This document shows, one piece after another, positions 1 to 12,528 of a DNA stretch of 64,000 nt. Position 1 is the stretch's first letter. Every line of letters begins with the position of its first letter. The translations under genes were made by a program, and so were the position numbers. The DNA is from Alphaproteobacteria bacterium. GTDB taxonomy: Bacteria; Pseudomonadota; Alphaproteobacteria; GCA-2731375. The notes beneath the pieces are model-generated. The model saw only the letters and a list, made by a program, of their open reading frames with translations, ran no database searches and was not told the origin of the DNA. The stretch spans positions 960,001 through 1,024,000 of the forward strand of contig CBDDPY010000002.1 of assembly GCA_965232515.1 (NCBI GenBank), written 5' to 3'.

Positions 1-286
1 CCGGCTGCGCGAACAACCGCCAGAGGCCGTCCCGCAGATCAACAACTTCGGCCAGTCCGGCCGCCGCGGCCGCCGGTTCGTCGGCCGCACGTTTGGCAAG
101 ACGCGCGCCTGCCGCCGTGTCGATCAGCCCAAGGCGCCGACCAAGCACCAGCACGTCGTCGAACGAGGTCAGGCGCTCGTCGCAGGCTTCACCCTCGAGC
201 CGGTTCGCCGTGTTGACGAAGTCGAGGCAAAGGCGGCCACCCACGAACGGGATTGTGTCGATGGAAGGACTCACGCGACGCTCCAT
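1..286 (-). CDS. ABATE/CGNR zinc-finger family putative regulator (5' part; runs off window start)
   Basis: Not in ORF track. Manual translation from ATG 286 gives MERRVSPSIDTIPFVGGRLCLDFVNTANRLEGEACDERLTSFDD..., open to position 1. GGRLCLDFVNT is the ABATE N-terminal signature. Confidence 0.85.
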   Translation of the reverse strand, partial: MERRVSPSIDTIPFVGGRLCLDFVNTANRLEGEACDERLTSFDDVLVLGRRLGLIDTAAGARLAKRAADEPAAAAAGLAEVVDLRDGLWRLFAQP

Positions 287-289
287 TTC

Positions 290-355
290 TAACCAGCTTA
301 CCGGTTGACGCGCCGAATTGTCCATGTAGGATCGAGCTAACCGGTAAATAGGTTA
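290..355. promoter_or_regulatory. Two TAACC-N8-GGTT(A/G) inverted-repeat boxes flanking a sigma70-like promoter (TTGACG 305-310, TAGGAT 327-332)
   Basis: TAACCAGCTTACCGGTTG (290-307) and TAACCGGTAAATAGGTTA (338-355) lie in the 75-bp divergent intergenic region. Confidence 0.6.
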
Positions 356-361
356 GAAAAG

Positions 362-1060
362 ATGACGAGCACCGAACCGATCCGCATCAACGCCGCCGGC
401 TTGGTCGCCGGCGCGGTACGGATCGCGCCAGTGGCCGTTTTCGTGGTGCCGTTCGGCCTGGCGTTCGGCGCCGCCGCAATCCAGGTCGGCCTGGGGGCCG
501 GGCAGGCGACCTTGATGAGCGCGGTGGTCCATGCCGGTGCCTCGCAATTCGTCGCCCTCGACTTCTGGACACATCCACTCACGCTCCTTCCGCTGCTACT
601 CGCCGTCTTCGCCGTCAACGCACGGCACCTCCTGCTCGGGGCAGCGCTGTACCCATGGATGCGGCCCTTGCCCGCCTGGCAGCGCTACACCTCGGCGGCA
701 CTGATCAGCGACGCCAACTGGGCCATGGCCATGGCGGCCTACGAGAAGGGCGAGCGGGATCTCGGCCTGCTGCTCGGCAGCGGGCTGATGATGTGGCTGA
801 CCTGGGTCGGCGGCACGGCCCTTGGCGCCGGCCTGGGCGCCCAGCTGGCGGCGCCGGAACGGCTCGGCCTGGACGCGCTGATGCTCACCTTCTTCGCCTG
901 CGTTCTGGTCGACATGGGCCGGCGCGAGCATATCGCGCGGCCCTGGAGCGCCGCCGCGCTCGCGGCGCTGGCCGCGGTCTGGCTGCTGCCGCCGAACTGG
1001 CACATCCTGGCCGGCGGTATCGCCGGCGGTCTGGTCGGGGCGTTCGCCCATGATCGCTGA
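362..1060 (+). CDS. azlC: AzlC family branched-chain amino acid exporter, large subunit
   Basis: Multi-TM protein with FGLAFG, AGASQFVAL, VNARHLL and ISDANWA motifs. Confidence 0.9.
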   Translation: MTSTEPIRINAAGLVAGAVRIAPVAVFVVPFGLAFGAAAIQVGLGAGQATLMSAVVHAGASQFVALDFWTHPLTLLPLLLAVFAVNARHLLLGAALYPWMRPLPAWQRYTSAALISDANWAMAMAAYEKGERDLGLLLGSGLMMWLTWVGGTALGAGLGAQLAAPERLGLDALMLTFFACVLVDMGRREHIARPWSAAALAALAAVWLLPPNWHILAGGIAGGLVGAFAHDR

Positions 1061-1352
1061 AGGCGTCACGCTCGCTGCCATTGCCGGCATGAGCGCCGTG
1101 ACGTATGCAAGCCGGATCGGCGGCCTGTGGCTGATGGCCTTCGTGCCATTGACCGACCGGGTCGCACGGGCCTTGAAGGCGCTGTCGGGCTCGGTGCTGA
1201 TCGCCCTCGTCGTGCCGGCGACATTGCAGGGCGACGCGGCCATGCGCTTCGCTGTCGTCGCCGCCGTCTGCGCCACGGCCGCGACCGGCCGGACCATACC
1301 GTCGATGCTACTGGGCGTCGCCGTCGCCGCCGGCTATCGCGCGCTCGCCTGA
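1050..1352 (+). CDS. azlD: AzlD family exporter small subunit
   Basis: 100-aa hydrophobic protein with MSAVTYASRIGG motif; overlaps the azlC stop. Confidence 0.85.
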   Translation: MIAEGVTLAAIAGMSAVTYASRIGGLWLMAFVPLTDRVARALKALSGSVLIALVVPATLQGDAAMRFAVVAAVCATAATGRTIPSMLLGVAVAAGYRALA

Positions 1353-1409
1353 CCGGTCAGAAGCGCGCCTCGCCGCCTCTTACAATCGGATTTTAGCTGG
1401 GCGTTTCGA

Positions 1410-2255
1410 TCAGACCGCGCCGTATTGGATCACCTCGACCTGATCCTGCGGTGCGTAGAAGTAGGAGCCCGGCCGGAAGTCGTAGCCGAGATCGCCGAGC
1501 AGGCGGCGCTGGCGCGGCGTGGCCCGCGCCTTGACCTCGGACGTCGTCTCGAAGTCATAGGCGCGTACACACATCTGGCAGTAATTGTAGAGCAGTGTCT
1601 TGCGGGCGCGGCCCGACAGGTTCGGCGCCGGCCCGTGCCACAGCGCGTGCGAAAACAGGAAACAGTCGCCGGCCTTGCCAGTCAGTTGCACCGCGCCCGG
1701 CGCATGCGGCGACAGCGGCGGTTCAGCGGCCTCCGGGAACGGCCGCATATGGCTGCCTGGAAACACCGTGAAATTGCCGCTGTCGGGGACGTCCACGTCG
1801 GTCAGCAGGTAGAGCGCCTTCATGGCCAGCGGCCGGCTGGTCTCGGTCACGCGGATCCGGCGCAAGGCCTCGCCGCCATCGGTGTGCGTGTAGCCCGGAA
1901 AGTCCGGGGTCGATGCCCGCACGATTGCCTGTGTCATGCTGAGCAGAATGTAGGGCCCCATGATGTCGACGATCAGGTCGAAGACGTTCGGCCGGTCGAT
2001 CAGGTCGATGAAGGCGTCGTGATAGGGCAGGATGTCGCGGCGGTCCATGAACGCTTCGGGATCGGCATCCGGATTGCGCTCGACCCAGCCGTAGTGGCCG
2101 AGCGGCAGGTCGGCCGGTTCCCATCCCGGCTTCGACCGCATCGCATCGATCTGACCGCAGAAGAACGCGACCTCGTCCGGGGCCAACGCCTGCTCCAGGT
2201 GGAGAAAGCCGTTGATCGCCCAATCGTCGCGTTGCCGTTCGCTGAGCTTGCGCAT
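1410..2255 (-). CDS. Phytanoyl-CoA dioxygenase (PhyH) family Fe(II)/2-oxoglutarate dioxygenase
   Basis: NGFL start, HTD and LWHG facial triad, PGSH motif, distal Arg. Confidence 0.85.
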   Translation of the reverse strand: MRKLSERQRDDWAINGFLHLEQALAPDEVAFFCGQIDAMRSKPGWEPADLPLGHYGWVERNPDADPEAFMDRRDILPYHDAFIDLIDRPNVFDLIVDIMGPYILLSMTQAIVRASTPDFPGYTHTDGGEALRRIRVTETSRPLAMKALYLLTDVDVPDSGNFTVFPGSHMRPFPEAAEPPLSPHAPGAVQLTGKAGDCFLFSHALWHGPAPNLSGRARKTLLYNYCQMCVRAYDFETTSEVKARATPRQRRLLGDLGYDFRPGSYFYAPQDQVEVIQYGAV

Positions 2256-2419
2256 GACCGCCTGACCTCATCCATCCGGTCGATCGCGCCGCGCAATGCC
2301 GGGCGCTTATCGACCCGCCAGGGATATCAGTCGTCAGCCTAGCCGCTCGGTCTCAGCGGAACAACGCAAGGCAGGATTGCGCTCCCTGCATGAAACGGCG
2401 CGGCCGCGTGAACCCGGTA

Positions 2420-4234
2420 TCAGGCGTCGCCTTCGTCGGCACGGACTTTTACGTATGAGCCCGGCGCGTCCTCGATGACCTTGGCCTTGTCGCTGCCGGG
2501 CGTGCGGGCGGCGACCTTCGGGCCCGATTGCTTCGCCACCCATTTCTGCCAGTTCGGCCACCAGGAGCCCGCGTGCGGCGTTGCGCCGGCGAACCATTCC
2601 TCGGGCGTCGCCGGATTCTTCGCGTTGGTCCAGTAGCCGTACTTTTCGGCCGACGGCGGATTGACCACGCCCGCGATGTGACCCGAGCCCGCAAGCGTGA
2701 ACTGGGTCTTGCCCTTGTAGAGCTGGGTCGCCACGTAGGTCGCGCGCCAGGGCGCGATATGGTCTTCCTTGGTCGACAGAATGTAGATCGGCATATCGAC
2801 GGTCGAGAGATCGATCGGCACCCCGTCGAGCTCGATGCCGCCCGGCTTCGACAGCAGATTTTCCTGATACATGTTGCGCAAGTAGAACATGTGCATGGCC
2901 CGCGGCATGCGGGTCGAATCGCTGTTCCAGTACAAGAGATCGAACGGGAAGGGGTCCCGGCCCATCAGATAATTGTTGATCACGAACGACCAGATCAGGT
3001 CATTCGCCCGCAGCATGTTGAAGGTTGTCGCCATCGACCTGCCTTCGAGATAGCCGCCCGACTTCTCCATCCGCTCGTCCAGCGCCTCGAGCTGCTCCTC
3101 GTCGATGAACACCGACAGCTCGCCCGGCGCTTCGAAATCGACCAGCGCGGTGAAGAACGTCGTCGCCTTGATCCGCTCGTCGCCCTTGGCCTTCATGTAG
3201 GCCAGCGTCGCCGCCGTCAACGTACCGCCCAGGCAATAGCCGATGACGCTGAACTCGTTGACGCCGGTCGCCGCCTCGGCGCCGTCCAGCGCCGCCAGCA
3301 GGCCCTCGAACATGTAGTCCTCGAAGCTCTTCTTCGAGAGCTGCGCGTCGGGATTGACCCAGGAGATTACGAACACCGTCAGGCCCTGGTCGACGGCCCA
3401 CTTGATGAACGAGTTCTGCGGCTTCAGATCCAGGATGTAGAACTTGTTGATCCATGGCGGCACGATCACCAGGGGCCGTTTGTGCACCTTTTCGGTCGTC
3501 GGCTCGTACTGGATCAACTGCATCAGGTCGGTCTGCCAGACCACCTTGCCCGGCGTCACGGCGATATTGCTGCCGACCTCGAAGGCGTCCTCGTCGGTCA
3601 TCTGGATCGCGAGCTGGCCTTTGCCGCGCTCCAGGTCTTCGAGCATGTGGTCGAGACCCCGCACCAGGTTCTCGCCGTTCTGTTCAAGTGTCGCGCGCAA
3701 TACCTCCGGATTGGTCAACACAAAGTTGCTGGGCGCCATGGCGTCGATGAACTGTCGGGTATAAAAATCCACCTTTTGAGCGGATTTCTCGTCCAGTCCG
3801 TCGATATCCTTGACCGTGTTCTGCATCCAGCGCGCGGTCAGCAGATAGGACTGTTTGATGAAATCGAACACCTGATTCTCTTGCCAGGCGGCGTCCCGGA
3901 ACCGCCGGTCGGCTTTCGGCGTGTCGATCACCGGATCGGCGGTCTCGCCCATCATCCGCTTCGCCGCCTGCTGCCAGAGGCTCAGATAGTCCTCCCAGAG
4001 GCCGAGCTGGGCTTCGACCAGCTTTTGCGGATTGGCCATCATCTTGGCCGTCATTTCCAGGAAGGCGCTGCCCACGTTCAACGGATCGGCCGGCCCCAAA
4101 CCGCCGTTTTCCCCCTGTTTCTTGAGAAATTCGGACACCAGCTGCTGGCTCTGGGTGGCCACCCGGACCATATTCTTGGCGAATTCGGCCGGATCCGGCA
4201 GCGGGAGGTCCTGATCGTCGGCGCTTTTGCTCAT
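2420..4234 (-). CDS. phaC: Class I poly(3-hydroxyalkanoate) synthase
   Basis: PPWINKFYILDL, lipase box GYCLGG, DHIAPW, SGHIAG, GSWWP. Start taken at ATG 4234 (MSKSAD). Confidence 0.96.
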   Translation of the reverse strand: MSKSADDQDLPLPDPAEFAKNMVRVATQSQQLVSEFLKKQGENGGLGPADPLNVGSAFLEMTAKMMANPQKLVEAQLGLWEDYLSLWQQAAKRMMGETADPVIDTPKADRRFRDAAWQENQVFDFIKQSYLLTARWMQNTVKDIDGLDEKSAQKVDFYTRQFIDAMAPSNFVLTNPEVLRATLEQNGENLVRGLDHMLEDLERGKGQLAIQMTDEDAFEVGSNIAVTPGKVVWQTDLMQLIQYEPTTEKVHKRPLVIVPPWINKFYILDLKPQNSFIKWAVDQGLTVFVISWVNPDAQLSKKSFEDYMFEGLLAALDGAEAATGVNEFSVIGYCLGGTLTAATLAYMKAKGDERIKATTFFTALVDFEAPGELSVFIDEEQLEALDERMEKSGGYLEGRSMATTFNMLRANDLIWSFVINNYLMGRDPFPFDLLYWNSDSTRMPRAMHMFYLRNMYQENLLSKPGGIELDGVPIDLSTVDMPIYILSTKEDHIAPWRATYVATQLYKGKTQFTLAGSGHIAGVVNPPSAEKYGYWTNAKNPATPEEWFAGATPHAGSWWPNWQKWVAKQSGPKVAARTPGSDKAKVIEDAPGSYVKVRADEGDA

Positions 4235-4447
4235 TCTGATGTTTCCCACTGGAACTTTGTTCGGGGCAGGTGTATCTGCGAACGACGGATTTGACGAACA
4301 AAATGTTAATCTTAGAATGGCTACATCGTCAGCAGGCCGTCGAAATGGAATTAACCATAAAGCGGCGCCGAACTGAAACAGAGCCTAGCCGTGGACTTAC
4401 GGTCTATCATATGGTGGCAAGGCAGGCTGCATTGACGATTTAGCCAG

Positions 4448-5830
4448 ATGCCCGGGAACATCGATCCGATGACGACAAACAGGCGAATCTCCGATCTGAA
4501 CTCACGGCTGCGCGCCGGCGTCGCCGTGGTGGCGCTGGGCGTCGCGCTCGGCGGCTGCTCTTACGTGCCGGACTGGGCCAATCCTGTGGCCTGGTATGAC
4601 GGCGTGTTCGGCGACGATGACAGCGACCGGCTGGCAAACGCCGAGCGGGCGGGCACGCCCCCAGGCCAGAACGAGAGCTATCCGAAGCTCTCCAGCGTGC
4701 CCGATCAGCCCGGCGCCGCGACGTCGGCGGGTGAGCGGCAGCAGATCGCACGAGGTCTGGTCTCGGACCGCGACAATGCCCGCTACACGGACCAGACCCT
4801 GCGCGGCACGGCGAGCGCCGGCACCCGGCTGTCGACCCGGCCGCTGACGCAGAATACGGCGACGTCGTCCATCGGCGCGGCGCAACAGCAACAGGCGCCG
4901 AGCGCCGGCGCGCTGCGCACAGCCACGGCGCAGCCCGACCGGACGCCGCGCTACGCCGTGCCGTCGATCGTGCAGCAGCGGCCGTCGGCCCCGCCGGCAC
5001 CGACGCCGCCCACGGCGGCGCCCCAGGTAACGGCGACGACGACACCCGTCGCACCGCCGGCCCCGCCCGCGCCGGCGGCGCCCGCCAATCAGCAGACAGC
5101 CGCGGTGGCCCCGCCACCGCCGCCGGCGCTGCCGCAGCTATCGACGTCGCCCGCCGCGCGGCCGGCGCCGTATGCGCCGCAATCCGCGTTCAACACGCCG
5201 TCGGTGCAGGTCAACCTGCCGATCTCGCCGGACCAGAATACGCTGAACCAGGTGTTCAACCAGAACCTGGCGGCGCAGGGCAATCCGACCGCGGGCTACG
5301 CCGGCAATCCGGCCTTCGTCGCACCCAGCGCCGGGCCGGGAACGCCCTGGGCCGCGCAGCAGCCAGCGCGCCCCGCCTACAACCAGTCGGTCACCTTCGA
5401 TCAGTCGCTGACCGACCGGCCGGTGCAGGTGGCGCTCGCCAACCCGACCGATCCGCAGCCCGGCCTCGCCGGCTACGGCAATGCGCCGGTCGCCGTGATC
5501 AAGTTCGGCCACAGCTCCAGCCAGTTGACCGGTCAGACCCGGCGTGCCGTGCGTCAGGTGGCGGAAACGGCGAAGCAGCACAACGGCTATGTCCGCGTCG
5601 TCGGCCATGCCAGCAGCCGCACCTCCAACATGGACTATTCGCAGCACAAGCTGATCAACTTCAACGTCTCGCTCGACAGGGCGCAGACGGTGGCGCAGCA
5701 ACTGGCGCGAGCCGGCGTGAACCCGCAGAACATCCTGGTCGAAGCCGTCGGCGACAATCAGCCGATCTATTACGAGTTCATGCCGAACGGCGAGGCCGAG
5801 AACCGCCGGGTCGAAATCTTTCTCGAATAG
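4448..5830 (+). CDS. OmpA-family peptidoglycan-binding lipoprotein with Pro/Ala/Gln-rich linker
   Basis: Lipobox ALGGC; C-terminal VVGHASS, SLDRAQTV and ENRRVEI motifs. True start may be ATG 4469. Confidence 0.85.
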   Translation: MPGNIDPMTTNRRISDLNSRLRAGVAVVALGVALGGCSYVPDWANPVAWYDGVFGDDDSDRLANAERAGTPPGQNESYPKLSSVPDQPGAATSAGERQQIARGLVSDRDNARYTDQTLRGTASAGTRLSTRPLTQNTATSSIGAAQQQQAPSAGALRTATAQPDRTPRYAVPSIVQQRPSAPPAPTPPTAAPQVTATTTPVAPPAPPAPAAPANQQTAAVAPPPPPALPQLSTSPAARPAPYAPQSAFNTPSVQVNLPISPDQNTLNQVFNQNLAAQGNPTAGYAGNPAFVAPSAGPGTPWAAQQPARPAYNQSVTFDQSLTDRPVQVALANPTDPQPGLAGYGNAPVAVIKFGHSSSQLTGQTRRAVRQVAETAKQHNGYVRVVGHASSRTSNMDYSQHKLINFNVSLDRAQTVAQQLARAGVNPQNILVEAVGDNQPIYYEFMPNGEAENRRVEIFLE

Positions 5831-5907
5831 CCCGCCTCTCGGGTTATAAAACGGGGTACGGCGCGCCATCGTGGCGCGCCGTCATGCCGCGTTGAAGAAG
5901 CAACGAC

Positions 5908-7124
<1,217 letters not shown>

Positions 7125-7128
<4 letters not shown>

Positions 7129-8417
7129 GCAGCACATTACGTGTCGGCATTGCCGGCTTGGGCACGGTCGGCGCCGGCGTCGTCAAGCTGCTGGCGGCGC
7201 AGTCCGGCCTGCTGGCCCGGCGCAGCGGCAACGCCATCGCGGTCACCGCCGTGTCGGCCCGCAACCGTGGCCGGGACCGCGGCATCGACATCGGCCATCT
7301 GCGCTGGCACGACAATCCGGTGGACTTGGCCGCCGCCGACGACGTCGATGTCGTGGTCGAACTGATCGGCGGCGAGGACGGCCCGGCGAAGTCCGTGGTC
7401 GAAACCGCCATTGCCGCCGGCAAGCATGTCGTCACCGCCAACAAGGCGCTGGTCGCCCGGCACGGCACGGCACTGGCCCAGGCGGCGGAAGACGCAGGCG
7501 TGGCGCTCAACTTCGAGGCCGCCGTCGCCGGCGGCATCCCCATCGTCAAGGCCATGCGCGAGGGGCTGTCGGGCAACCGCTACAGCCGCGTCTACGGCAT
7601 CCTGAACGGCACCTGCAACTACATCCTGACCGAAATGGAAAGCACCGGCGCCGATTTCGGCGACGTGCTGCGCGAAGCCCAGGAGCTGGGCTATGCGGAG
7701 GCCGACCCGGCCTTCGATATCGACGGCGTCGACGCGGCGCACAAGCTTGCCATCCTGACCAGCCTCGCCTTCGGCTGCCCGGTCGACTTCGACGCCGTGC
7801 ATGTCGAGGGCATCCGTCCGGTCGAGGCCATCGACATCACCTTCGCGCGCGAGCTCGGCTACCGCATCAAGCTCCTGGCCATCGCCGGCCAGACGCCGCA
7901 CGGCATCGCCCAGCGCGTGCATCCCTGCATGGTGCCGGCGAACACGCCGATCGCCCATGTCGACGGCGTCTTCAACGCCGTTGTGGTCGACGGCGATTTC
8001 GTCGACCGCACGATCTACGAGGGCCGGGGCGCAGGCGAGGGGCCGACCGCGTCCGCCGTCGTCGCCGACATCGTCGACATCGCCCGCGGTATTCGCCTGC
8101 CGACCTTCTCGGTGCCGGCGAACAGCCTGGAAGCGCTGCCGGCGGCGGCGATGGAGCGCCACGTCGGCCCGTACTACATCCGTCTCGTCGTCTACGACCG
8201 GCCGGGCGTCATGGCCGACATCTCGGCCATCCTGCGGGACGAGCGGATCTCCATGGAATCGCTGCTGCAGCGCGGGCGCGCGCCCGACGAACCGGTGCCG
8301 CTGGTGATGATCACGCACGATACCGAGGAGGCGGCGATGACCAGCGCGCTGGCGAAGATCGGCAGTCTCGATTGCGTCTGCGAACCGCCGAAAATGATCC
8401 GAATCGAGTTACTCTAA
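7125..8417 (+). CDS. hom: Homoserine dehydrogenase with C-terminal ACT domain
   Basis: GLGTVG, TANKA, EAAVAGGIP, GILNGTCNYIL, GYAEADP, DRPGV. Confidence 0.96.
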
Positions 8418-8444
8418 AGAGATCAGCCTGAGGAGAGGGAAGGC

Positions 8445-9418
<974 letters not shown>

Positions 9419-9422
<4 letters not shown>

Positions 9423-11263
9423 CCGGCGCGACCGCCGCGGCCGATCCACAAACGGACGCCGCCTTTCTCGGCGTCGCCCACTCCCTGACCGGGCGCTTCT
9501 GGCGTCCCCGCCTGACCGACGACCGCACGGCGCAGGCCCTGGCCCAACGCTTGCGCGTACCCGAGGTGGTCGGCCGCGTGCTGGCCGCCCGCGGCGTGCC
9601 GCTCATGGAGGCGGAGAGCTTTCTGAAGCCGAGCCTGCGCGCGGCCCTGCCGGACCCCTCGCACCTGCTCGACATGGACCGCGCGGTCGATCGCATCGCC
9701 CATGCGATCCGGTCCGGCGAAACTGTCGCCGTGTTCGGCGACTATGACGTCGACGGCGCCACATCGTCCGCGCTGCTGAAACGGTTCTTTGACGCCGTCG
9801 GCGGCAATCTCAGGATCTACATCCCCGACCGCCGGACGGAGGGCTACGGTCCGAACGGCCCGGCCCTGCAGCGGCTGGCGGACGAGGGCGTGACGCTGGT
9901 CATCACCGTCGATTGCGGCGTCATGGCGTTCGACGCGCTCGATGCCGGCAAGGCGGCGGGCCTCGATGTCGTCGTTGTCGACCATCACCAGGCCGAACCG
10001 CGCCTGCCGACCGCGGCAGCCGTCGTCAATCCGAACCGGCTCGACGAGAGCACGCCGCACCGCAACCTGGCGGCCGTTGGCCTGACGTTCCTGCTGCTGG
10101 TCGCGCTGAACCGGCGCCTGCGGGCCGACGGCTGGTATGACGCCGCGCGGTCCGAGCCCGAACTGCTCGATATGCTCGATCTCGTCGCGCTCGGCACGGT
10201 TTGCGATGTCGTGCCGCTCACCGGCCTGAACCGCGTGCTGGTGGCCCAGGGCCTAAAGGTGATGGCGCGGCGCGGCAATCTGGGCCTGAAAACGCTGGCC
10301 GACGTCGCCGGCGTCAGCGAGCGTCCCGGGGCCTTCCATCTCGGCTATATCCTGGGCCCGCGGGTAAATGCCGGCGGCCGCATCGGCCAATCCGACCTCG
10401 GCGCCCGGCTGCTGACGACCGCTGATGCCGACGAGGCGCGGGCGCTCGCCGAGGAACTCGACCGCCTGAACCGCGAGCGTCAGGCGATCGAAGCGCAGGT
10501 CCTGGAACAGGCCACTGCCCTGGCCGAGGCCGAGACCGCGCCGGATGCGCCCCTGGTATTCGTCGCCGGCGACGGCTGGCATTCGGGCGTCGTCGGCATC
10601 GTCGCCAGCCGTTTGCGCGAACATTTCCATCGCCCGGCCTTCGTGCTCGGCCTGGAGGACGGCGAGGCAAAAGGCTCGGGCCGGTCGGTGCCCGGCGTCG
10701 ATCTCGGTGCCGCGGTGACGGCGGCGAAGCAGGCGGGCCTGCTGATCAACGGCGGCGGCCACGCCATGGCCGCGGGCGTCACCGTCGAAGGGGCGAAGCT
10801 CGAGGCACTGGCCGAATTCCTGTCCGACAGGCTGGCGCCGCAACTGGCCGCCGCGCCGCCGCCGAACAGCATCGGCATCGATGGCACGGTCAGCGTCTCC
10901 GGCGCCAACCGGCAGCTCTACGACATCGTCGAGGCGGCCGGACCCTTTGGCGCCGGTCACGCCGAGCCGCGTTTCGTCATTCCCGGCACCGATGTGGTCA
11001 AGGCCGATGTGGTCGGCGAGGCGCACGTGCGGGTGATTCTGGCCGGCGGCGACGGCGGCCGCCTGAAGGGCATCGCCTTCCGCGCCGCCGACAACGCGCT
11101 GGGCCAGGCCCTGCTGCAAAGCCATGGCGCGCGGCTGCATATCGCCGGTCATCTGCGGGCCGACGACTGGAACGGCCGGCGCCAGGCCCAGCTGATTATC
11201 GAGGACGCGGCCTTCGCGCATCAGCCGTCGGCAAGCCTTGATTATCCGCGCCGAACGGTCTAA
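9419..11263 (+). CDS. recJ: ssDNA-specific exonuclease RecJ
   Basis: GDYDVDG, EGYG, TVDCG, DHH, GPRVNAGGR, GGGHAMAAG. Likely TTG start at 9419 overlapping the glpX stop; the ORF-track start at 9131 is a shadow extension. Confidence 0.95.
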
Positions 11264-11277
11264 GTCACTGCCGGCAC

Positions 11278-11353
11278 GACCCCGTGGTCTAAAGGTTAGG
11301 ATGTCGGCCTTTCAAGCCGGAGGTGTTGGGTTCAAGTCCCACCGGGGTCGCCA
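11278..11353 (+). tRNA. tRNA-Glu (UUC), atypical sequence
   Basis: Acceptor GACCCCG/CGGGGTC, anticodon loop CT-TTC-AA, T-loop TTCAAGT, encoded CCA. Upstream TTGATT-N17-TAAGTC promoter-like sequence (11238-11266). Confidence 0.9.
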
Positions 11354-11455
11354 GACGCCATCGGCGCGCGTCACAACCCACCCTAGACTGTCTCTGCGTA
11401 TTCTCCGCCACTTGCCAGAACCGGTCGCATTGCCGAAAGTGGCCGGCGAGGGAGA

Positions 11456-11713
11456 GTGGCCGTGAACAATGTCGTCTCGCAAATCCTGAAAATTCTGGTG
11501 ATCTGCCTGGTGGTCGGCGTCGTGCTGAACGCGCTCAGCATCGACGCGCTGTCGTTCGTGCGCTTCATCTCGCAGTCGATCCACAACGCGGCCGACCTGA
11601 TCGTTACCGTGGTCCAGTGGAGCATCGAGTATGTCCTGCTCGGCGCCGTCATCGTCGTGCCGATCTATCTGATCAAGCTCGGTATGAGCTATTTCAAGCG
11701 TAAGGGGTCGTAA
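11456..11713 (+). CDS. Small two-TM membrane protein (DUF6460-like)
   Basis: Hydrophobic 85 aa with YVLLGAVIVVPIYLI; GGGAGA RBS. Confidence 0.7.
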   Translation: MAVNNVVSQILKILVICLVVGVVLNALSIDALSFVRFISQSIHNAADLIVTVVQWSIEYVLLGAVIVVPIYLIKLGMSYFKRKGS

Positions 11714-11718
11714 CCGAG

Positions 11719-12528
11719 ATGAGCGAGATATCGATTGCCCGCGACGCCGGCGTCGCCGTCTGCACACTGACGCCGCCCGACGGCTATATGACGCAAACCA
11801 TGGTCGACGAGCTGGACAAGGTGACATCAGAGCTGGCCGAAGACGACGCCGTCCGCGCCGTGGTCCTGACCGGTGGCCATGACGGGATCTTTATCCGGCA
11901 TTATTCCGTCATCGAGCTGGAGGAGATGTCGCGCAAGCTCCGGGGCCGCAACCTGACGGTGACGCCCGAACGCCCGATCCCGGAACGCGACCTCGACTAT
12001 GTCTTCAAGCGCATGGGCGCCATGCCGAAGGCCGTGATCGCCGCTGTCAACGGCACCGCCATGGGCGGTGGCTTCGAATTGGCGCTGGCCTGCGACATCC
12101 GCATCGCCGCCTCAGGGGATTTCGCCCTCGGCCTGCCGGAGATCAATATCGGCCTGCTGCCGGGCGCCGGCGGCACGCAGCGTTTGGCCCGCATCGTCGG
12201 CCCGGCCCGCGCCCTCGAGATGGTCCTGCGCGGCCGCACCGTGACGCCGTCGGAGGCGCTGACGCTCGGCCTCGTGCATGAGGTCGTCGGGCCGCCGCCA
12301 GTGACCCGCGCCGTCGAGCTGGCGAAGGAACTGGCGGCCAAGCCGCCGCGCGCCGTCGCCCATATCAAACGCCTGATCCGCGACGACGCCAGCCGGCCGC
12401 TGGACGAGGGGCTGGCCATGGAGCGGACGCTGTTCCTGAATCTGCTGTTGTCGGACGACGCCCTCGACCGGATGCACAAGATGAACACCGGCGACCTCGA
12501 TATCCGCAGCACCGACCTGGACGGCTAA
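11719..12528 (+). CDS. Enoyl-CoA hydratase/isomerase (crotonase) family protein
   Basis: AAVNGTAMGGGFELALACDIR, PEINIGLLPGAGGTQRL. Confidence 0.92.
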   Translation: MSEISIARDAGVAVCTLTPPDGYMTQTMVDELDKVTSELAEDDAVRAVVLTGGHDGIFIRHYSVIELEEMSRKLRGRNLTVTPERPIPERDLDYVFKRMGAMPKAVIAAVNGTAMGGGFELALACDIRIAASGDFALGLPEINIGLLPGAGGTQRLARIVGPARALEMVLRGRTVTPSEALTLGLVHEVVGPPPVTRAVELAKELAAKPPRAVAHIKRLIRDDASRPLDEGLAMERTLFLNLLLSDDALDRMHKMNTGDLDIRSTDLDG

